Source of the DNA: Oligoflexales bacterium
Lineage (GTDB): Bacteria; Bdellovibrionota_B; Oligoflexia; Oligoflexales; CAIYRB01
Assembly (NCBI GenBank): GCA_041736175.1
Contig: JBGSUI010000263.1
Location: forward strand, 1-12,870
Direction of reading: 5' to 3'
DNA: 12,870 nucleotides
The translations under genes were made by a program, and so were the position numbers. A model generated the notes under the pieces. That model had not been told where the DNA came from, searched no databases, and saw nothing but the letters and a program-made list of their open reading frames with translations. Shown one piece after another: positions 1 through 6,403 of the stretch (position 1 is the stretch's first letter; every line of letters starts with the position of its first letter).

Positions 1-50
1 GTGACCCACTTTACCTCAGGTGAAAGCGGTTTACCTTTAGACGAATGCAT
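1..50 (-). CDS. Putative transposase, N-terminal fragment (MHSSKGKPLSPEVKWV...), running off the window
   Basis: ATG at 50..48 preceded by a GAGGA Shine-Dalgarno and TGGTATAAT; the frame is open to position 1. Only 16 codons are visible. Confidence 0.6.
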   Translation of the reverse strand, partial: MHSSKGKPLSPEVKWV

Positions 51-137
51 GGTGGTCAATCCTCGTTTTTTGGCAAAACGATCATTATACCACGGAAAAA
101 ATTAAAATCTATCTTTTCATGTGCGTAGATCTATAGT
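3..137. repeat. 135-bp terminal inverted repeat, left copy (exact reverse complement of 12736..12870)
   Basis: Base-by-base comparison: gacccactttacctcagg...gtgcgtagatctatagt (3..137) is the reverse complement of actatagatctacgcac...cctgaggtaaagtgggtc (12736..12870). The identity stops at 138/12735. Confidence 0.98.
84..92 (-). promoter_or_regulatory. Extended -10 promoter (TG-G-TATAAT) of the putative transposase, left copy
   Basis: attatacca at 84..92 reads TGGTATAAT on the minus strand, a perfect TGnTATAAT, 33 nt before the ATG. Confidence 0.7.
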
Positions 138-404
138 ATCCCCGGCGGATATTATGGTGGTGGCTACAGTGGGACCTCCATGGCTGGACCCCATGTGGCG
201 GGGGCTGTTGCTCTGCTGATCTCGGCAAAACCAGAGCTTCAGGGCCATCCTGACCAGATTACGGAAATCCTCACCAGTACGGCGAGCCCTGGGAAAACCT
301 CCCAAACCTGTGGCGGTTTGCCAGGGGACAAGTTTCCAAACAATACTTTTGGCAGCGGCCTGCTTAATATTCTTGAAGCCGTCAAAAAAGCTCGAAGTCA
401 CTGA
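135..404 (+). pseudogene. Subtilisin-like S8 serine protease, C-terminal part, interrupted by the IS
   Basis: The frame of ORF 180..404 extends upstream to the IS junction: SIPGGYYGGGYSGTSMAGPHVAGAVALLISAKP...NNTFGSGLLN. GTSMAxPHVAG is the S8 catalytic-Ser motif. The Asp and His motifs and the signal peptide are not in the window. Confidence 0.9.
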
Positions 405-405
405 C

Positions 406-1197
406 CTAAAAGCTGATCTGTTCGGACTGAAAATAAGAGATAAAGTAGTCGGAAATCAAAATAGCAACCAACGACAGCACCACAGCTTCGGTGGTTGCTC
501 GTCCTACCCCTTTAGCGCCGCCCCCTGCAAAAAAACCCTTATAACAACCAATGGAAGAGATGATCAAACCGAAGACTGTGGCCTTTAACATGCCTTGAAA
601 AACATAGTTAATTTGGACCATGCCGCGCATCTTTTCGATACAAGTCCCAATATCGATATCGAAAAAAGCGATCCCCGTAAAGACGGCACTGGTGACGCCA
701 GTCAAGACAAAGATGCAGTTGAGGAGTGGCAGCATAATCACCGAAGCGATCACCCGAGGGGCGACCAGATAGCCGTGGGGACTCACCGCCATGACACGCA
801 TGGCGTCGATTTGTTCGTTGACGCGCATGGTTGCAATCTCAGCCGCCATGGCCGAACCTGCCCGGGCTGTCACGATAAAACCCGTAAAAACGGGTGCCAG
901 CTCTTTTGACAGTGCAACCCCCGCGGCAGCTCCAATCATGGATTCTGCTCCAAAAGTGCGAAAAATATCCCCTAAGATCAGCCCAAAGACCGCCCCGATC
1001 ATCACGGCGGCGATCATACAAATCCCGAGGCTACGATTCCCTACAAACTCTAGCTGGCGCAAGAGGAGTAAAAAACTAACCGGCGGAAAGACCGTTCGTT
1101 TAAAGGCTTCTGTCATAAAAATAGAAAACCGGCCAATTTCGGTAATTGGTCGGATGGTCATTGAACCGATCATAGAAAGGGTCTTGGCGATTGGCAT
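406..1197 (-). CDS. mlaE: MlaE-family lipid-asymmetry ABC transporter permease
   Basis: 263-aa membrane protein with MlaE motifs: KELAPVFTGFIVTARAGSAMAAEIATMRVNEQIDAMRVMAVSP, LVAPR, GGAKGVGRATTEAVV. GGGAG RBS upstream. Confidence 0.95.
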   Translation of the reverse strand: MPIAKTLSMIGSMTIRPITEIGRFSIFMTEAFKRTVFPPVSFLLLLRQLEFVGNRSLGICMIAAVMIGAVFGLILGDIFRTFGAESMIGAAAGVALSKELAPVFTGFIVTARAGSAMAAEIATMRVNEQIDAMRVMAVSPHGYLVAPRVIASVIMLPLLNCIFVLTGVTSAVFTGIAFFDIDIGTCIEKMRGMVQINYVFQGMLKATVFGLIISSIGCYKGFFAGGGAKGVGRATTEAVVLSLVAILISDYFISYFQSEQISF

Positions 1198-1218
1198 AGC
1201 TTACTCCCGTACTGCCCT

Positions 1219-1248
1219 ATTCTACCCGAGAAGTGGTTTGAATGGCAC
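1219..1248 (-). promoter_or_regulatory. Possible sigma70 promoter for mlaE (GTGCCA-N18-TAGAAT)
   Basis: Minus-strand TAGAAT at 1224..1219 and GTGCCA at 1248..1243, upstream of the RBS. Motif match only. Confidence 0.3.
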
Positions 1249-1268
1249 CAGGAATGCGATCAAAGGAG

Positions 1269-1856
1269 TTAGTTCCAAGCGGGAGCAACTCGGTCTCTGG
1301 GAACGGCTTTATGGGACAATTCTGATAATTTTATAAACTTCCCACTGGCGATTTTGCCCCAGCCGTTTTCTTCAGAAACCAAGATATGATCTCCTTTAGC
1401 AAGGGTTACCACGGTCGGTGCGCCGTCGTTTGGCTCGCTGCGAACCACTGCGGACCCCGTCTGAACGTAGCGGACAAATCGATTGGGTTTAGGAACGATG
1501 TCGTCACCGGCAGCTGCAGGAGCCGCCGCAGGTGAGGGGGGTGGAGCAAGCGCAAGGGGCGCAGGAGCTGGGGCGGGAGCTTCCGGTGCAGGTGGTGGGG
1601 CCGGTTCGGGCGGTGGTTCAGCAGCAGCGGAGGCGTCCGCCGCAGAATTGCTGTTGCCCTCGGCTTCCGATGAGCTTGCTATGGCGTTTTCCGAAGCATT
1701 GCCGGCCTCGGCCTCGCCTTGATTGGCGTTCTCTTGATTACCCTGGGAATTGACAGGTTCTTCGGTTTCCTGTTGGTCTGAGGAACAAGCACCTGTCCAC
1801 CACGTGGCTGCGATAAAGATCGCTGGAAGTGCTTTTTTCACTAAATGTAGTCTCAT
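1269..1856 (-). CDS. Lipoprotein with an acidic, Pro/Ala-rich linker and a C-terminal bacterial SH3-like domain
   Basis: Signal peptide ending in the lipobox TGAC; a long E/N/S/A/P low-complexity tether; C-terminal VVRSEPNDGAPTVVTLAKGDHILVSEENGWGKI fits the SH3b pattern (VR..P......V..L..G..V......GW..I). Confidence 0.8.
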   Translation of the reverse strand: MRLHLVKKALPAIFIAATWWTGACSSDQQETEEPVNSQGNQENANQGEAEAGNASENAIASSSEAEGNSNSAADASAAAEPPPEPAPPPAPEAPAPAPAPLALAPPPSPAAAPAAAGDDIVPKPNRFVRYVQTGSAVVRSEPNDGAPTVVTLAKGDHILVSEENGWGKIASGKFIKLSELSHKAVPRDRVAPAWN

Positions 1857-2139
1857 TGCGTATATCCTTTCTCGATATGGACTCTTGGTAGCCCTAGCGT
1901 CGGTTCGTAGAAAAGATTTCGGTGTGTTGTTGCTAATCTTGAGTTCAAATCAGATTCCAGACTCCCTAGAGATTGGGGTATCTCCCCGAAGCCTCCTAGG
2001 ATTTTCTGGCAGTTGTTGAGTTGTTACAAAAAAAATTAAGGTTTTATTTGTTGGGTACCGAGGACCTCAAAGGGATTTGGTTAGGCAGAGACTTCATGAT
2101 TTTTAAACGGGGCCTAGGAACAGGTAAAAGGAGTGAGAC

Positions 2140-3429
2140 ATGATATATAAAGTAGCTGAAAGATTTTGGAACTTACCCTTGGGAGCTTTGATCGCAGGCG
2201 TCTCCTTAGGGGGAAACCTAGGGTGTGGCAGCAAAGCTCAGTTTCATGGTGGGGCCCAACGATCGGAGCCGACTCCTCTACCTCCTCCCCCAGAGCCCGA
2301 AACTCCCGAGCCTAAGAGCCTAGACCAAGTCCCGCCGCCACCGATCCCTGTCGTCGAACCTGCACCGCCTCCAGAACCCGACATCGTCGCAACACCCAGC
2401 GTGCGGGCCGTCGACTGGTACTGGACCTGTGACGCCGAAAAAGACCAAAAATCCATACCGACAAGCAGCGAAGAGTTAGTCGTCCTCAAAGATCAAGGAG
2501 ATCATCCCATCTCCTACGATCCGGCTGTACCAACCACTTTCAAGTTTATGGGTCGTGTCTGTCCACCATCCCAGCTTGATCGGGACATCGTCTTTGTGGT
2601 CGATGTCAGCGGTTCTATGGATACCAATGACCCTCGGATTGTCGACAGCTGTGCCCGTCTTGAGGGCATGCAAAGTATCTTGAAAACTTTGACCAACCGC
2701 CCCGGTCAAAACCCCGAAGCCGTAAGGTTTGGGGTGATCACTTTTAGCTCTAGCTTGATGACCTATTCTACGGGTCTTTATGGAAGTTCTCAAAAGTTTT
2801 TTGATGATCTCGCTCGATCAGGGAAACCGGCTGATGTCCTTTGTGAGGCTGTTGGTGGAACCAATTATGAGTCGGGGATCGTCAAAGCAGCGGAGCTCCT
2901 GAAAGGGGGCCGGGTCGGAGCTACTAAGGAAGTCTACTTGATCTCGGATGGTCAGCCCACCGAGGGCCAAGACGGGATCGTCCTCGCCACCCAACTCAAA
3001 ACAACAGGAGTAGTGGTGGCCCCCACTCCCAACTCTCCCAACTCTCCGACGCCAGTCAAGGTGACCTTTGCGACCTTGATGCTTAAGGGGGTCGACACGG
3101 TGATGGAGTCTAAGCTGGCTTCAAGGGACATTAATGGAAAACCTCTCCATGCTTTTGTGCAAAAGGCCCAAGACCTAGGTGCGAGTCTAGGAAGCCTGGC
3201 TGAAAGCAATATCACCAAGGCTGAGCTACGGGTCACCCAACTGGCTGCAGATGGGGGAACTCAGGTCAAATCCATCGATATGATGCCCTACCTAAAATCA
3301 TTCGACTTTGGTTTGCCCCCCATCAAAATAGACTGGGTGGGGCCAGGGTCTAAACTCAAAGTCGATGTGATCTACTCCGATACCCATGGTCGCATCCAGG
3401 AGAAACATGGAAATGTCCTACAAAAATAA
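2140..3429 (+). CDS. von Willebrand factor A (MIDAS) domain lipoprotein with a Pro-rich N-terminal stalk
   Basis: AAGGAG RBS; probable lipobox NLGC; PPPPEPETPEP stalk; DIVFVVDVSGSM (DxSxS), RFGVITFS, GGTNY (MIDAS Thr) and VYLISDGQP (MIDAS Asp). Confidence 0.9.
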   Translation: MIYKVAERFWNLPLGALIAGVSLGGNLGCGSKAQFHGGAQRSEPTPLPPPPEPETPEPKSLDQVPPPPIPVVEPAPPPEPDIVATPSVRAVDWYWTCDAEKDQKSIPTSSEELVVLKDQGDHPISYDPAVPTTFKFMGRVCPPSQLDRDIVFVVDVSGSMDTNDPRIVDSCARLEGMQSILKTLTNRPGQNPEAVRFGVITFSSSLMTYSTGLYGSSQKFFDDLARSGKPADVLCEAVGGTNYESGIVKAAELLKGGRVGATKEVYLISDGQPTEGQDGIVLATQLKTTGVVVAPTPNSPNSPTPVKVTFATLMLKGVDTVMESKLASRDINGKPLHAFVQKAQDLGASLGSLAESNITKAELRVTQLAADGGTQVKSIDMMPYLKSFDFGLPPIKIDWVGPGSKLKVDVIYSDTHGRIQEKHGNVLQK

Positions 3430-3470
3430 GGACAATTATGTTTTTGTACTGCGGTACGGGTTCTCCACTA

Positions 3471-3479
3471 TGATATGCT
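3471..3479 (+). promoter_or_regulatory. Possible extended -10 element (TG-A-TATGCT) upstream of the TPR gene
   Basis: Motif match in the AT-rich 94-bp gap after the vWA gene; not validated. Confidence 0.3.
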
Positions 3480-3523
3480 AAAGTTACTTCAATGATATAA
3501 ACTAAAGAGTGTGGAGACCCAAT

Positions 3524-4510
3524 ATGCACCTAAATCCATGGAAGCGTCCGTTGGCGTCGGCTCTTGTTGGGAGCGTTATCGTCACGATACTTTTTTGGGG
3601 AGAATGGGCCTACAGTGAGTGTACTTCCCTTAAAAATGGTCCGGTTGTCTTTGATGTGACAGGTTGCTCAGCCGTTGTTCCCGAGCAGTCCTTTGACCTC
3701 CAGAAACCACAGTACGAATGGATTAGGGACCTCGATGTGGCGGGGAGACAAGCTCTCTTTCAAAGCTACCGGGGACTTTATATCAAGGGTAAAGTGATCA
3801 AGTCAGATATTGTTCAATCTGGCGTCAGCGCAGTGCCAGGGGCCTTAAAGGGTGATACCATCTTTGCTTTTGTACCACCTGGAGAGTCCAAGTGCGAGGT
3901 CATTAATGGAAAAAGGTTTACGGCACAGCTCAATGAAAAGTGCTGTGATGGCAGTGGCAATGCTCCATGCCTACTCCAAACTGAGTATGTATTAACAAAG
4001 CCTAACGTCATAGGCTCCACCGGATCAGGGGCTGGTGATCCTACAAAAGCCCGCAGTCAGCAATCTAAGGACTATGCTGCGGGCAAAAAAGCTTTTGGAG
4101 AGCGTCGCTATAAACAGGCTGTTCAATTTTACCTCGCTGCAAGAGCCAAAGGGGAACTCGACCTCGTCGGCTACTATCACGTGGGCTATGCCTACCGGGA
4201 GATGGATCAATGCAAAGAAGCGATCCCCTACTTGAAGTATATCCACGATCTTGACGAGAAAAACGCGATTTGGGCAGATGATGAAAAGACTGCCAGGCTG
4301 GCAAACTTTCTCTTAGCTCGATGCTATGCAAGGACCAACCGCCCTGGACCTGCGGTCTTGGTGCTCAATACCTACCTGATTGAGCCTGGCAAGTTTGTCC
4401 AGGAGATTCGGGATTCGATCAATCATAAGGATTTTGGTTGGATCCATACAAGTAGGGAATACACCGATTATCGGGCATTAGCCATGAAAAAGCTTAAGAC
4501 GGTCAAATAG
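3524..4510 (+). CDS. Secreted protein with a Cys-rich N-terminal domain and a C-terminal TPR-like helical repeat region
   Basis: ATG 3524 has GGAG 7 nt upstream, so it is preferred over GTG 3509. Signal or TM segment ending ...EWAYS; six Cys in the N-terminal domain (including KCCDGSGNAPC); TPR-like helices YAAGKKAFGERRYKQAVQFY and YYHVGYAYREMDQCKEAIPYL. Confidence 0.75.
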   Translation: MHLNPWKRPLASALVGSVIVTILFWGEWAYSECTSLKNGPVVFDVTGCSAVVPEQSFDLQKPQYEWIRDLDVAGRQALFQSYRGLYIKGKVIKSDIVQSGVSAVPGALKGDTIFAFVPPGESKCEVINGKRFTAQLNEKCCDGSGNAPCLLQTEYVLTKPNVIGSTGSGAGDPTKARSQQSKDYAAGKKAFGERRYKQAVQFYLAARAKGELDLVGYYHVGYAYREMDQCKEAIPYLKYIHDLDEKNAIWADDEKTARLANFLLARCYARTNRPGPAVLVLNTYLIEPGKFVQEIRDSINHKDFGWIHTSREYTDYRALAMKKLKTVK

Positions 4511-4536
4511 AATGTCGATTCTACTAAGGAGCGTTT

Positions 4537-5508
4537 ATGAAACTTTGGAAAGTTACTTTCGTCAGCCTCGCTCTTACCTCTGCGACTGGATGTCGTTTTT
4601 TTTCAAGTACAAGCGATCCTAAAGAAACCCCAGTCCAGGCAAACCAAACTTCTGGTGTGGTTTTTGTCCTGTCTGGCCAATCCAACATGGCTGGACAAAC
4701 CCCCTTTATGGGCTATGAAAACCAGGTGAGAGTGCCCAATGTAAAGATGTTTTGTGTACGTCCCTACCAGTTCAATGTCGATCGGGAAACTCTAAAGCCA
4801 GGTGAACCTCCCGCAGTCTGGTCTGATGTCATATCTTGTGGTGCCGATCCTGGAAAGACTTTTGGCCCCGAGGTTTGGTTTGCAAAGGAGATGGCACGGG
4901 TGATGCCACAGACCCCGATTTACCTTATCAAATATGCCCATGGGGGCACCTCACAGGGGTGTGAATGGCAGCCAAAAGAAAAATCGCCAGCTTATCTGAA
5001 TTATGGGTACCCTCAGTGTAAAGCCTTTGTGGAAGGGAGTGGTAAAACCATAGATGCTCTTCGGTCCTACGACCGACTTTTGACGGTGGCCCAATGGGGG
5101 CAAAACGGTCTTGCCAAAGACGGCATCCGCCCTCGTTTTGGTGGGATCCTGTGGTTCCAGGGCGAAGGAGATGCGGACGGACGGACGATCTATAAGTTTC
5201 TCCCAGAGAACTACTCACAAAACCTCAACCACTTTATCTCCCAAGTCCGTAAAGACCTGGGCCAACCCCAGGCTCCCTTTGTGCTTGGTATGATCAAGTG
5301 TGGATATGACAAAGCAGAGTGGAACCCTAAATACAGTCCCCTTTTTACAGTACGACAAGCTCAGATCTCTGCTGCTAAGAACGAACTCAATATCTACACC
5401 TTTGATACCTGGGATCTCAAGTTTCAAGCGGACGGCTGCCATTTTGATGGCCCAAGTATGGAAGAAGTTGGTCGCAGGTTTAGCAAGGTTGTTACTGGCA
5501 TCAAATAA
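4537..5508 (+). CDS. SGNH-fold carbohydrate acetylesterase lipoprotein (sialate O-acetylesterase / CE6-like, SASA domain)
   Basis: TAAGGAG RBS; lipobox ATGC; blocks VFVLSGQSNM, FGPE, IYLIKYAHGGTS, GILWFQGEGD and catalytic DGCH (DxxH). Confidence 0.9.
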   Translation: MKLWKVTFVSLALTSATGCRFFSSTSDPKETPVQANQTSGVVFVLSGQSNMAGQTPFMGYENQVRVPNVKMFCVRPYQFNVDRETLKPGEPPAVWSDVISCGADPGKTFGPEVWFAKEMARVMPQTPIYLIKYAHGGTSQGCEWQPKEKSPAYLNYGYPQCKAFVEGSGKTIDALRSYDRLLTVAQWGQNGLAKDGIRPRFGGILWFQGEGDADGRTIYKFLPENYSQNLNHFISQVRKDLGQPQAPFVLGMIKCGYDKAEWNPKYSPLFTVRQAQISAAKNELNIYTFDTWDLKFQADGCHFDGPSMEEVGRRFSKVVTGIK

Positions 5509-5511
5509 GTT

Positions 5512-5742
5512 TTAAGACTTTTCACCAGTGTCCAAGGCCAAGGCGTGAATTTCATGCTTCATGAGTTCCCCCAAGGCCTGGTACACCATCTGGTGCTGCT
5601 GGACAAGGGTCTTGCCTTTAAACTCATCGGCTCGGATGGTGACCTGCCAATGGTCACCGCCACCGGTAAGGTCCTTGGCTTTGATGTCAGCCGAAGTGAT
5701 CTTTTCTTTAATGCGTTCGATAATTGTATTTGCAGTGACCAT
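5512..5742 (-). CDS. bolA: BolA/IbaG-family protein
   Basis: 76 aa with GGGDHWQVTI, FKGKTLVQQHQMVYQAL and EIHALAL, the canonical BolA signature; GGAGG upstream. Confidence 0.95.
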   Translation of the reverse strand: MVTANTIIERIKEKITSADIKAKDLTGGGDHWQVTIRADEFKGKTLVQQHQMVYQALGELMKHEIHALALDTGEKS

Positions 5743-5782
5743 AGTTTCCGTGAGCCTCCAAAACTCAAATTTAGGATCCGAT

Positions 5783-6385
5783 ATGATTTACTTTGCCTCT
5801 CGCAATGCCCATAAATGCCAAGAAATCCAAACCATGCTTGCAGGGGGGAGCGGCGAAGCAGGCCGGATTATGATACGCCCGTGCACAGAACTCAACCCCG
5901 CAATCACCTGGGATGAAACCGGTCAGACTTATTTGGAAAACGCTCGGATAAAAGCCCGCGCAGTCCGAGCTCTGACCCAAGAGGGGGTTTTAGCCGATGA
6001 TTCGGGGCTCGAGGTGGAGGTTTTGGGGGGCAAACCTGGTGTGTTATCAAGTAGTTTTGGTGGAGTCGAGGGAGACCACCGCCGCAACACCCAAAAGCTA
6101 TTGGCAGCCCTAGGGGACCTACCACTCTCCCAAAGAACCGCAAAGTTTGTCTGCCTGCTCCTCTATGTGGACCGCAAGGGGGTGGAGTGGGTGTTTCAAG
6201 GGGAATGTCCCGGCACCATCGACTTCGGGTCTACAGGTGAAAAGGGGTTTGGTTATGACCCAGTGTTTATCCCGGCGGGTTATTCCAAGACTCTAGCCCA
6301 GCTCACTGAGGACCAAAAAAACCAGCTAAGCCACCGGGGACAGGCCTTTCGAAAGCTGGTCGCCCATCTTGCGGTGCACTCTTAG
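5783..6385 (+). CDS. rdgB: Non-canonical purine NTP pyrophosphatase (RdgB/HAM1, dITP/XTPase)
   Basis: The likely start is MIYFASRNAHK at 5783 (AGGA RBS); the upstream extension only shadows bolA. Motifs: ETGQTYLENARIKA, ADDSGL, GFGYDPVF, KNQLSHRG. Confidence 0.95.
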   Translation: MIYFASRNAHKCQEIQTMLAGGSGEAGRIMIRPCTELNPAITWDETGQTYLENARIKARAVRALTQEGVLADDSGLEVEVLGGKPGVLSSSFGGVEGDHRRNTQKLLAALGDLPLSQRTAKFVCLLLYVDRKGVEWVFQGECPGTIDFGSTGEKGFGYDPVFIPAGYSKTLAQLTEDQKNQLSHRGQAFRKLVAHLAVHS

Positions 6386-6403
6386 GCGAGAGAACCTGGT
6401 CCT

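Larger units (their letters stand above)
1..133 (-). mobile_element. Left end of an insertion sequence, probably IS630-family, reading out of the window; TA target dinucleotide at 134..135
   Basis: An identical copy lies at the other end in unrelated flanking sequence, and it interrupts an S8 protease frame. On the minus strand it reads ...AC-TA|TAGATCTACGCACATGAAAAG and carries a promoter, RBS and ORF start. The IS630 call rests on the TA junction and a remembered resemblance of 'GKPLSPE.K' to IS630-like transposase N-termini, not on a search. Confidence 0.75.

Noticed and set aside
1243..1258. Sigma-54-like -24/-12 motif TGGCAC-CAGGA-ATGC on the plus strand
   Set aside because: It points antisense into the SH3 gene, with no plus-strand gene until 2140, and the -12 box is imperfect. 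Probably chance.
595..1336. Plus-strand ORFs overlapping mlaE, and similar short ORFs nested in the kef, vWA and lipase genes
   Set aside because: Antisense or alternate-frame shadows of well-supported genes, without RBS or domain signatures.
1500..1720. GC-rich repetitive stretch and the Gly/Ala-rich plus-strand ORFs
   Set aside because: Explained by the Pro/Ala linker of the minus-strand lipoprotein; there is no regular repeat-spacer structure, so it is not CRISPR.
5561..5782. 74-aa N-terminal extension of RdgB
   Set aside because: It overlaps bolA on the opposite strand; the family motif and RBS point to ATG 5783.
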